Shown: positions 32,401 to 46,036, numbered from the stretch's first letter. The stretch: DNA of 64,000 nt from an uncultured Planctomycetota bacterium (GCA_963737655.1 CAVTTN010000002.1:7168001-7232000); one strand, 5' to 3'. Notes: generated from the letters alone by a model not told the origin. Numbers and translations: made by a program.

Positions 32401-35400
32401 CTATTTCGACGCACCGACGGTCGCGGGCGAGCCGTACCATTTCGAGATCCAGGTGATCCAGGCCAACGACCCCCGGCCGATCGATTGGAGCGTGGTCCAG
32501 GGCTGGATCGTCCCCTCGAACTTCGCCCTGCCGAACTGGTCGGCGGTGTTCGCGAACCTCCAGCAGAGGCTCGGCTCGACCTACGGCGACCTCGTCACGA
32601 CCCTGTCGAAGGACGCCAGCCTGATCCCGGCGAGCTCGGGCGAGAACAACGACCTTTACAGCCTGATCGACCTGGAAGTGCAAAGGTCGATCGCGGCGGT
32701 GGGGACGTCCCTGGGCGGCGTGATCGCGGCCGTCGATCCCTCGATCGCCATCGCCGGGCGGACGGTCGTGGCCACGAACACGACGACCCAGGACGAATTC
32801 ACGACAACAACCCTGAATGACGGCTCCTACCTGTTCCCGCAGGTCACCGCCGGCTCGTATTCGCTGACCGTCACCGGGGCATTGACGGCCGGCGTCTCGG
32901 CGACGGTGGCCGACGGCCAGGCGGCGGGCGCCGGGGCGATGGTGATCACCTCCGGGGCGACGATCCGAGGGCAAATCCTGGCCCAGGGATCGGGATCGCC
33001 GGTGGCGGGCGCGTCGATCCGGGCGGTCCGCGAGTCGGACTCGGCCTCGTTCCAGGTCTCCGGCGACGCCCAGGGCCGCTTCGCGATGACCGGGCTCGCC
33101 CCGGGCGTGTATGACCTCGTGGTCGAGGCCCCCGGCCTGGCCCGATCGATCCTGACCGGGATCGACGTGACCCAGGGGGACGCCGCCCGAGACGTCTCGC
33201 TCGCCCCGGAATCCCTGATCCAGGGGACCATCACCCTCGCCGGGGGCGCGACCGACGCGAACCCGACCCAGATCATCATCGCCCCGACCGGCGGGTCGGA
33301 CGTCGGCGGCCCGTTCGTCGAGAACGTGTACGGACCCAGCTTCTCCGTCGGCGGCCTCGCGGCGGGGACGTACAACGTCTTCATCGAGCATGACGGCTAC
33401 GTTCGCCAGGAGATCCAGGGCGTGACGGTCGGCGCAGGCGCCACGGTCAACCTTTCGGCGATCTCGCTCGTCCTGGGCGCCTCGATCTCCGGGACGATCT
33501 CGACGACCGGGACGAGCTTCCCGGCGGCGGGGCAGTCGGTGGGCCTGTTCGACTCCTCGGGCGACGAGGTCGCGTTCGCCTCGACCGGCTCGGCCGGCGA
33601 CTTCGCCTTCCTCGGGATCGCCCCGGGGACGTACACCCTCCGAGTGGCCGGATTGTCCGGCCTGGCCGACCAGCCCTCGGTGACCGTCGCCTCGGGCGCC
33701 TCGGTGGCGAACCTGACCATCGCGATCCAACCGGGAGGGACGATCTCGGGGACGATCCGCGACTCGGCCGATGCGTCGGTCCTGGCGGGGGTGATCGTCA
33801 ACGCGGTGGACGCCAGCGGCAATCGCTTCGTCGCGGCGACCGATGCCTCGGGCCATTATGAGTTCGACCACCTCGGGAGCGGCGCCTACACGGTGATGGT
33901 CCCGGGATCGGCCGTGGCGTCGTCGACCTCGGTCACGGTGACCTCGCTCACAGGCCCTCCGGTGACGGCCGACCTGTCGGTGAGCATCGCGGCCCGGGTC
34001 TCGGGCACGGTCCGGGCGGCGGACGGCTCGATCCTCTCCGGGGCGGAGGTCGATCTCTACCAGGCCGGGTCGCTGGTCGCCTCCACATTCGCCGATTCGT
34101 CGGGGCATTACGGCTTCCTGTTCGACGGGGCCGGGAGTTTCACCCTGGTGGCCTCGGCCTCCGGGGCCGCGTTCGCCCCGGTCGACCTGACCGTCGCGGC
34201 CGGCGATGCGACCACGGAAGACCTGGCCGCCGGCTCCGCATCTCTGGTCGTTGCGTTCGTCGATCCTTCCACCTCCCCGGCGGGCGCCCTGGCCATCCTC
34301 CAGCAGATCACGGCCGAGGGGCCGGTCCAGGCCGGGTTCGCCACCGTCGCCGCCGACGGCACCGCCAGTTTCGCCGGGCTCGTGGCGGGGACTTACGAGG
34401 TCTCGATCCTGAACACCGACGGCCAGGGGGCCGACGTCCAGTTGACCGTCGGGGCCACCGGGACGACGACCCAGACGATCAACCTCGTGGCGACCTCGAC
34501 GGTCTCCGGGACGGTCACCGGCCCCTCCGGCCAGCCGGTCTCGGGGGCCCTGGTCGAGGTGATCGCCCCCGGGGGCGGGTCTCCGTTGCTGGCGCTCTCG
34601 GCAAGCGACGGGACGTATTCGATCCCCGGCGTGATCCCCGGCATGTACGACCTCGCGGTCTCGGCCCCGGGCCTGGCGGCGGTGGTCCGCACGGGGGTCA
34701 CGGTCTCGGGAGCCACCACGCTGAGCGCCTCGCTCCAGGCGCCGGGGACGACCCTCGACGGCTCGGTCGTCGATCCCGGCGGGCACGGGGTTGCCGGGGC
34801 GAGCGTGACGGTCCTCGACGCGGCGGGCCACGTCGTGGGGATCGCCTCGACGGCCGCCGACGGGTCGTTCTCGGTCGCTCTGGCGCTGGGGACGGGCCTC
34901 CGGGTCGTCGTCTCGGCCCAGGGGTTCGCCCCGGTCGTGCTCTCGGGCGTGGACGCCAGCTCCGGCCCGGCCGTCCATCTGGGCTCGAAGACGATCCAGC
35001 CGACGGCGCTGGCCGTCGGGCAGGCCGGCTCGCTCTCGGACCCGGCCGCGAAGGGCAAGGCCCCCGCTTCGGGCGTTTCGGGCTCGTCGGGCTACGGCAA
35101 CGGCTATCCCGGGGGCGGAGGGGGTGGCACCGGGACTCCCACCACGCCCTACGGCTATCCGACCGTCCCGCCGGACCTCGTCCCCGCGTGGGCCGACCGC
35201 ATCCAGTTTCAGCTGAACAACTCGAAGAACATCGCCTCCCAGCTGAAGGACCTGCTCGGCCGGCTGATCCTCGACGCCGCGAAGTCGGCGCCCCCGCCGC
35301 CGATGCCGTCCTGCATGCCTTCGTGCCAGGACGCCTACGACGCCCTCCAGGCGGCGATCAAGGTCGAGGACCCGTACAAGGCCCAGATCGACAAGCTCAA

Positions 35401-37873
35401 CGACGCCCTGGGCCAGGCCACGGCGTTGGTGGCCGCCTACGACGCCATCGCCCTGCTCCAGGCCGCTTCGGTCGTCGCCTTCCTCTTCACCGCCGGCGCC
35501 GTCGGCGCCGAGATCCTGGAGGGGCTCAAGGGGGTCGAGACCGCCGGGCAGTTGACCATCGAATCGGCGCAGATCCAGCAGCAGCTCTTGCGGCAGGGCC
35601 TCATCCAGAAGGGCGCGATCGCCGGCGGCGGCCTCCTCGCCCTGGACCTCGGCCAGACCATCCTCAACGACATCAAGGAGCTCTTCAAGACCCTCCAGGA
35701 GCTGTTCGAGATCAACAACGAGCTCATCAAGCTCACCAACGAGGCGAACGAGGCCAGGGCCAAGCTCAAGGAGCTCGACGACGCCACCCGCCAGGCCCTC
35801 CTCAACTACTCCAAGTGCCTCCAGAACGCCGCCAACCAGCAGAACCCGGCCTGTTGCAACATGAGCGGCAAGGACATGGGGATGATGTGCATGCCCCCGC
35901 CGCCCAACCCGCCGGGCAATCCCGGCAAGCCCGGCAACGGCGGAGGCGGCGGCGCCGCGGCGCCCCACGACCCCAATGATATCCTCGGGCCCGTGGGCTA
36001 TGGCGATCAGGGATTCGTGGCCCAGGCCGCGACGTTGCCCTATGAAATCCTCTTCGAGAACGCCTCCACGGCCACCGTCCCGGCCCAGGTCGTCACCGTC
36101 ACCGAGACGCTCGACCCCAACCTCGACCCCCGCTCCTTCCGCCTGGGCGACTTCGGCTTCGCCGGGATGACGTTCTCCGTCCCCGACAATTCGGCGTTCT
36201 ATCAGACGACGCTGGACCTGACCTCGACCCTCGGCTTCGACCTGGAGGTCTTCGCCGGGATCGACGTCCAGACCGGCGTGGCGACCTGGGTCTTCACCAC
36301 GATCGACCCGAACACCGGCGAGGTGCCGACCGACCCCCGGATCGGCTTCCTCAAGCCCGACGACGGCACCGGCGTGGGCCAGGCGTTCGTCAACTACACC
36401 GTCCAGGCCAGGACCACGACCCACACCGGCGACACGATCTCGGCGAAGGCCCGGATCGTGTTCGATTCCGAGGAGCCGATCGACACGCCGACGGTCGTCA
36501 ACACGATCGACGCCTCTCCGGTGGCGACCGTGCAGACGGCCCCGCCCGCGGCCTCGGGCTCGACGACGATCCCCCTGTCCTGGGGAGGCCAGTCCGACCC
36601 GTCGGGATCGGCCGCGGCGAGCTACACCGTGTACGTGAGCCAGGACGGCGGCCCCTTCATGGTCTATCTCCAGGACACGACGGCGACCCAGGCCACGTTC
36701 GTCGGCCAGAGCGGCAGCGTCTATCAGTTCTACACCGTGGCCACGAGCAACACGGGGCAGGTCGGCTCGCCCAGCGCGATCAATTCGGTGGCCGTCCTGG
36801 CGACGGCCCCGGCGGCCCCGGCGTCGCCGACGTTGCTGGCCTCGGAGGAGGCCTCGACCTCGATGCCGACGACCACCACGAGCACCCAGCCTCACCTGGT
36901 CGGCTCCTATCCCCGGTCCAACCCGCTGTTGCCGGCGTATACGATCCAGCTCCTCGATAGCGGAGGCAACGTCGTCGGCACCGCCACCACGGCGGCCGAC
37001 GGCTCGTATTCCATCCAGACGACGAGCCTGACCGTCGGCGACCATACGTTCACCGTCCGGGCCGAGGACGCCACCGGCAACCTCAGCCCGGCCAGCGGCC
37101 CGGTCACCATCACCGTGATTTCCTCGAACACCGGAGGTGGCGGCGGCGGCGGAGGTGGTGGCGGTGGCGGTGGGGGAACCGGAGGCGGAGGGACCGGCGG
37201 AGGCGGGACCGGCGGTGGGGGAACCGGAGGCGGCGGGACCGGAGGTGGCGGGACCGGAGGCGGCGGTGGAGGAGGTGGGACCGTCACCCCGCCCGACCAG
37301 ACCGGCCCGGTCGTCTCGTCGGTCCATCTGATCAAGAAGCGAGGCCGGGTCACCCAGATTCAGGTCACCTTCAACGAGGCCGTGGACGCCGCCTCGGCCG
37401 TCCTGATCGGCAACTACCTGCTCCGCACCACGGGCCGCGACCAACGGTACGGCACGAAGGACGACCGGAGCTACAAGATCAAGGCGATCACCTACGATCC
37501 GGCGACCCACACCGCCACGCTGACCCTGAAGACGCCTCTGCTGCTGAACGTCCCTCTGCGGCTGGACGTGGGCGGGCTGGGGACCTCGGCGATCCACGAC
37601 GGCTCGGGCCACACCCTGAACGAGACGAAGGACGGCCAGCCCGGCGCGGCCTTCGCCTTCGCCTTCGGCAAGACCCCGCACCCGAAGCCCGTGAAGATGC
37701 CGAAGGTCGGCAGGGGGAAGAAGGCGAAGGCCGCCGAGGTCGCCACGATCGCCCCGGCGCCCGCCCCGATCGGCCCCCTGGCCGCGCTCGCCGTCGATTT
37801 CCTCCTGACCGACCCGAGCCTGGTGCCCACCACCCCCGGCAGGAAGGTCCACCGATTCGGCCAGGGGGATTGA
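23464..37873 (+). CDS. Giant (~4,800 aa) secreted CARDB-repeat surface protein; two frameshifts near 29455 and 30050
   Basis: ATG after GGGAGG; basic N-terminus with VELERRIML; 21 xxDLxV-initiated CARDB-like repeats continuous across ORFs 23404..29508, 29130..30272 and 30053..37873; PPC-like domain; 9 carboxypeptidase-regulatory-like repeats; helical insert; DPNDILGP domain; FN3/Ig-like domains; Gly linker; basic C-terminal domain. Confidence 0.85.
37133..37282 (+). repeat. Coding tandem repeat: poly-Gly / (GGGGT)n linker
   Basis: Degenerate 15-nt units (GGN GGN GGN GGR ACC) encoding GGGG...GGTGGGGTGGGGT... Confidence 0.85.
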
Positions 37874-37967
37874 GTCCATCTCGGTTCGCACGCCCACGAA
37901 TTCGTGGCCTGCGGCCCATGTTGGCGAGACGCTTGTTCCTGTTTCGGCGATGACACGTCCAGCGTTT

Positions 37968-38015
37968 TCTTGGGTGGCGCGGGTCCCGAAGCCGGAACCC
38001 GTGTCACCCCAAAGA
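37968..38015. repeat. Stem-loop (REP-like or terminator-like) between the giant gene and crcB
   Basis: GGGTGGCGCGGGTCCCG-AAGC-CGGAACCCGTGTCACCC: 17-bp stem with two G.U pairs and one mismatch, flanked by TCTT/AAAGA. Confidence 0.55.
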
Positions 38016-38145
38016 GATCTGAGGAAGAACCCGGGGAGACTCAGGCGGAAACCGACCTTGGGGATCGCGGATTCGTCCGGGGCGTCGGTATCGGGTATCC
38101 TGATCGACGGGACTGGGGAGGACGCGGGAACATCCGGGGCATCCT

Positions 38146-38616
38146 ATGGACGCGGCGAGCCGGGTGGCGGTCCTGGCGATCGGCGGGGCGATGGGCGTGA
38201 ATGCCCGATACTGGCTCTCGGTCGCGATGGATGCGAGGGTCGGCCGGGGGTTCCCCTGGGCTACGTTCGCGATCAACGTTTCCGGGGCATTCGCCCTGGG
38301 GCTCCTGGCCACCTTGATGGCCCGGTGGAGGCCCGACCATCCGGCGAGGCTGGCGGTCCTGGTCGGGTTTTTGGGCGGGTTCACGACGTTCTCGACGTTC
38401 GCGATGGAGTCGGCCCGGCTCTGGAGCGACGGGGCATTCGGCCGGTCGATCGCGTACATGGGCGGGAGCGTCGCGGCGGGGTTCGTCGCGGTCGTCCTGG
38501 GGTCGGCGGTCGGCCGTCTGGCGACCGATCAGCGGCGGGTCGAGGTCGCGGTCGGGGCGGGCGTCCCCATCGCCGAGGGGGGCGGCGGCGAGGTCGGGGC
38601 GGGCGAGGGAGACTGA
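38146..38616 (+). CDS. crcB: Fluoride channel CrcB/FluC
   Basis: AIGGAMGVNARY, FPWATFAINVSGAFALG, GFLGGFTTFSTF signature, four TM helices. The tail beyond about 38530 is atypical. Confidence 0.92.
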   Translation: MDAASRVAVLAIGGAMGVNARYWLSVAMDARVGRGFPWATFAINVSGAFALGLLATLMARWRPDHPARLAVLVGFLGGFTTFSTFAMESARLWSDGAFGRSIAYMGGSVAAGFVAVVLGSAVGRLATDQRRVEVAVGAGVPIAEGGGGEVGAGEGD

Positions 38617-38647
38617 TCGGCCCTCTCCTTCGCGTTCAGGGCCGAGA

Positions 38648-40255
38648 TCAACGTCGGGGCCCGAGCGCCGTCAGCAGGTCGGCCTGGGCCTGGGTCGCGG
38701 CCCAGAGCGCGTCGAGCCGGGCGTTCTCGACCTGGATCAGGCTCCTCCGGGCCTGGAGGAGCTTGGTCAGGTCGGCCTGGCCCGCCTCGAAGAGCCGCTC
38801 CATGGCGGCGATCTGCGAGCGGACGGCCTCGGGCAATCCCGCGGTCCGGCTCACCAGGCGGCTCGCCCCGTTCCACTTGGCCACGGCGGCCCGGACCTGC
38901 GCCGTGATCCTCTGCTCGGTCTGCTGGGCGGCGGTGGCGGCCCGGCGGAGCTCGGCCTCTCGCTGACGGACCAGGGGTTGCCCGTTATTGAGCGTGGGGA
39001 GCGGGGTGATATACACGAAGCCGAAGAACTGCGTCCCCTGTTCGTCCCTCTCGTAGACCGGGCCGGCGACGGGGGTGGGGATCTTGTCCCCCTTGGCCAG
39101 GCAGACGGCGGCCTTCGCCCCGGTCACGACGGCGCGGGCGGCGTGGAGGTCCGGCCGGTTGGCCAGGGCCATCGAGACGAACTCGGCGTCCTCGACCTGG
39201 GGGATCGTCCCCGGGAGGATGAACTCGCCCAGGGGCTCGGCCGAGTTGGCCGACTCCGGCAGGCCGATCTGGTTGCGGAGGTCCGCCAGCGCCGTGGCGT
39301 AATCCTGGCGGGCCGACTCGACTAGTTGCCGGGTCGCCTGCGCCTCGACCTCGGCCAGGGTGACGTCGGCGGCCTGGACCTGGCTGGCCTCCAGCCTCCG
39401 GCGCAAGGTCTCCACCAACCGGTCGTTGAAGTCGGCGAGGGCCTCGGAGACCCGGAGCTTCTCTCGGCGGTAGGCGGCCGTCTGGAAGAAGCGGTACGTC
39501 TGGACCAGGGTGGTCAATTCGGCCTGAACGACGGTCCATTGTTGCTGCGTATAGGCGGCCTTGGCGATGTTGTAGCGGTGGGTGGTCTGGTGCCCCAGCT
39601 CGATCGGCTGCCGGAGCGAGAAGTACATCAGGGCGTCTTTCTGGTCCATGTAATTGCCGATGCGGCCCCGGGCGCCGAAGTTCTGGGACGGCACCCGCTC
39701 GTAGACCAGCGGGCGGATGTCGATCCAGAGCGTGGGGTTGAGGGTCACGGGGAAGCGTCGGGCCACCTCGACGGCCTCGGCAGAGGCGGCGTTGGCCCCG
39801 CGGAGGGTGACGAGGTCCGGGTTCCGCGTGATCGCCCCATACAGGGCCGCTTCCATGCTCAACGGCTGACTGCCGAGGTCCGAGACGGCCTCCGCCGGTC
39901 CCGAGGGCAACGCCGCCTCGGGTGCCAGGGGCGCCGGCAGCGCCTCCTCGGGGCCGATCTGGACCCGCCGAAGCGGCGCATCCGCCGACCTCAAAACGGG
40001 TTGCGCCGGGGCTGGATTGGGTCGCGGCGATACCGCCGTCGCGGGCCTCGCCCTGGGGGCCGGCGCGGCAATCGGGGCCGGGATCGGGGAGGGGATCTTG
40101 CGAGGGGCGCCCCGGAATCGGTCCAGGAACCGCCGACCCGTCGGCCCTGCTGAGCCGGGCTGGGTCAGCACGACCTGGCCGGGAGCCGTCTCCGTCGATC
40201 CGGGCCGGTCCGCGCCCGCCTGGCCCAGCATCGCCAGCAGCAGCAGAGATCTCAC
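38648..40255 (-). CDS. TolC-family outer-membrane efflux protein (true stop may be 38529 if a frameshift near 38660 is corrected)
   Basis: GTG 40255 after AGGAGG; signal peptide and Pro-rich linker; two OEP halves (AITRNPDL...LRQPIELG; ALANRPDLHAAR...FEAGQADLTKLLQARRSLI). Confidence 0.85.
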   Translation of the reverse strand: MRSLLLLAMLGQAGADRPGSTETAPGQVVLTQPGSAGPTGRRFLDRFRGAPRKIPSPIPAPIAAPAPRARPATAVSPRPNPAPAQPVLRSADAPLRRVQIGPEEALPAPLAPEAALPSGPAEAVSDLGSQPLSMEAALYGAITRNPDLVTLRGANAASAEAVEVARRFPVTLNPTLWIDIRPLVYERVPSQNFGARGRIGNYMDQKDALMYFSLRQPIELGHQTTHRYNIAKAAYTQQQWTVVQAELTTLVQTYRFFQTAAYRREKLRVSEALADFNDRLVETLRRRLEASQVQAADVTLAEVEAQATRQLVESARQDYATALADLRNQIGLPESANSAEPLGEFILPGTIPQVEDAEFVSMALANRPDLHAARAVVTGAKAAVCLAKGDKIPTPVAGPVYERDEQGTQFFGFVYITPLPTLNNGQPLVRQREAELRRAATAAQQTEQRITAQVRAAVAKWNGASRLVSRTAGLPEAVRSQIAAMERLFEAGQADLTKLLQARRSLIQVENARLDALWAATQAQADLLTALGPRR

Positions 40256-40614
40256 GGACGTCGCCTCCTGCAAGCCGGTCGGGATGAGGTCGAACCCGTC
40301 CCAACCCGGATCTCCGATCCCCCGCCGTCCACGGCGGCTTCCCCAGCTCGGCAGCTTCCCTGACTTGCCGGGCTCCCGCCAATCATTATCGAACCGAGGT
40401 CCGCGGCCCATGAGCCGAATTGCCGGAGGCTTTGCGAACGATCCTTGACATTGACGCACGTTTCGAAGATTGATGCTTGACACGCGAAAAATGTGTCGCC
40501 AAAGTAGTCTTTCTCGACTGGCCCGGTCCTCAGGGGTGGGGGCTCGGGCGAGCGTCGCCGGTCGACCGGGACGAGGGGGGTCGTGCGTGGTCTTTTCCGA
40601 AAGGCCGAGATGCC

Positions 40615-41046
40615 ATGGCGGCACTTGTGCGATGCCGGTGCGGTCTCCAGTTTCAGGTCAAGGGGAAGTCGGGGGAGACGACGATCGCCTGTCCGGTCTG
40701 CAGGAGGTCGATCCTCCTGCCCCCGCCCCAGGCGGCGGCGGCCGACGCCCCGAGTCGGCGACGAACGATCCTGGTGAGCGGGGCGGTGGGGATCGTCGTC
40801 CTCCTGTCGTTCGGAACTGTCGGCGTCCTGGCCATGAGGGTGACTCGGGCGGATCGGTCGATGCGCCGGGCCGTCGTGGCGACGAGCGTCTCGAATCCGG
40901 GCGCGGAGGTCCCGTCGTTGGCATCCTCCCCGGCCCCTCCGACCGTCTCCGGGCGGCTGGATTCGCAGTTCCTCCCGCTGGGATCGGTCAGCGCCCCGGC
41001 GGCCAAGCAGGAGGTCCGCGCGATCCCGCGGGCCAAGCGCAAGTGA
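40615..41046 (+). CDS. Small membrane protein with N-terminal zinc-ribbon
   Basis: VRCRCG...IACPVC motif, Pro/Ala linker, one TM helix (ILVSGAVGIVVLLSFGTVGVLAM). Confidence 0.6.
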   Translation: MAALVRCRCGLQFQVKGKSGETTIACPVCRRSILLPPPQAAAADAPSRRRTILVSGAVGIVVLLSFGTVGVLAMRVTRADRSMRRAVVATSVSNPGAEVPSLASSPAPPTVSGRLDSQFLPLGSVSAPAAKQEVRAIPRAKRK

Positions 41047-41145
41047 ACATCCCGGGCGCGATCGGGACGGCCTCCTCGTCCTCGGGAGGTGCCCGTCCCC
41101 ATCGCGCCCGGGGCGTCTCGGAGCGATCCCCGGGCCTCGGGACCG

Positions 41146-42593
41146 TCAGGCCAGGAGCTTCCGGACCACCTCGCCGGCCACGTCGGTGAGCCGGAAGTCC
41201 CGGCCCTGGAAGCGGTAGGTCAGCCTGGTGTGGTCGAAGCCCAGGAGGTGGAGGATCGTCGCGTGGAGGTCGTGGACGTGCACCTTGTCCTCCACCGCGT
41301 TGAACCCGAGGTCGTCGGTCTTCCCCAGGCTGATCCCCGGCTTGATCCCCCCGCCGGCCATCCACATGGTGAAGGCGTTGGGGTGATGGTCCCGGCCGTC
41401 GTCCCCGCCCTGGACCATCGGCGTCCGGCCGAACTCGCCCCCCCAGATCACCAGGGTGTCGTCCAGGAGGCCCAGCCGCTTCAGGTCCTTGACCAGGGCC
41501 GCGCTCGGCCTGTCCGTCTTGCCGCACTGGTCCTTCAGGCCGCTCGTGAGGCCGCCGTGGTGGTCCCACGCCTCGTGGAAGACCTGGACGAACCGCACCC
41601 CACGCTCCACCAGCCGCCGGGCCAGCAGGCACGAATTCGCATACGACGACTTGCCCGGCTCCGCGCCATACATGGCCAGGGTCTCGGGCGACTCCTTCGA
41701 GAGGTCCATGAGCTCCGGGGCGCTCTCCTGCATCCGGTAGGCGAGCTCGAACGACTCGATCCGCGTGGCGATCTCGGGATCGCCGACCGCCCCGAGCTTC
41801 TGGCGGTTCAACTGGGCGATGGCGTCGATCGAGTCCCTCTGAATCTGGCGATCGACCCCCTCGGGATTGCTTAAATACAGGACCGGATCGCCCTGGCCCC
41901 GGAACGGGACGCCCTGATGGACGGTCGGCAGGAAGCCGCACCCCCAGTTGCCCGCGCCTCCCGAGGTCCCTTTCTGGCCGGTGCTGAAGACGACGTAGGC
42001 GGGCAGATCCTGGTTCTCGGTGCCGAGCCCGTAGGTCGTCCAGGCCCCCATGCTCGGCCGGCCGAACTGCTGGCTGCCGGTGTTCATGAAGATCTGGGCG
42101 GGGGCATGGTTGAAGGCGTCGGTGACCATCGATTTGACGATGGCGATGTCGTCCGCGACCTCGGCCAGGTGGGGCGTCAGCTCCGAAAGCTCGGCCCCGC
42201 TCTGGCCGTGCTTCGAGAACTTGAACTTCGGACCCAGCAGGGTTGAGTTCGGGTTGATGAACGCCGCCCGATAGCCCTGGAGCAGCTCTTTCGGCGGCAG
42301 GGTCCCGTTGAACTTGGCAAGCTGGGGCTTGTAGTCGAACAGTTCCAGGTGGCTCGGCGCGCCGGCCTGGAACAGGTAGATGATGCTCTTGGCCTTCGCC
42401 GGGAAATGAGGGGACTTGGGCGCGAGGGGGCTGGTCGGGCCCCGGTCTCCGCGCCGATCGCGGGCGATCCGAGCGCCTGCCCCAGCAACGAGCCGAGGGC
42501 GACCGAGCCGAGGCCGACGCCGCAATCGCGGAAGAACCAGCGGCGGGTCACGGCCCGGCGGACCTCGTCCCGAAACGTCTCATCGAGGGTCAT
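41146..42593 (-). CDS. DUF1501 domain protein with Tat-like signal; frameshift near 42437-42445
   Basis: TRRWFF...GLGSVAL N-terminus (frame 42177..42593) joins [29 protein letters not shown]...[15 protein letters not shown]...WGGEFGRTP...GRDHH...[14 protein letters not shown]...FRLTDVAG. Confidence 0.9.
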
Positions 42594-42600
42594 GGGCCGG

Positions 42601-45753
<3,153 letters not shown>

Positions 45754-46036
45754 GGCGAGTCCCGGGGGCCAGAGGGAAGGAGCAGGCAGGGATTCCGGCG
45801 GGGCGGGCAGACACGACCGATTCCCCCCGATTGTACGGGCAGGCGGCCCGGCGATTCCACCGTTTTTTTCGGCAGGGCCGGCCCGGGGCGTCGGTTCTCG
45901 AGCTTCCGGGGGACAGGCAGGGGTGCTGACGGGATCGATTGACGCTATGTGGTCATGTGCGACCGCGTGCGACGATGGAGGCCCCGCCGACCACGCGAGG
46001 AGAGGAACTGGGCCCCCGTGTTGAAGACCCGAGACG

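Noticed and set aside
31550..36000. RHS/YD toxin with an immunity gene
   Set aside because: No YD repeats or PxxxxDPxG core motif, and no small downstream immunity-like ORF; the next gene is crcB.
37946..37970. GGCGATG as the start of a fluoride riboswitch
   Set aside because: There is no complementary CGCC P1 strand and no downstream GCTGATG...CTAC element.
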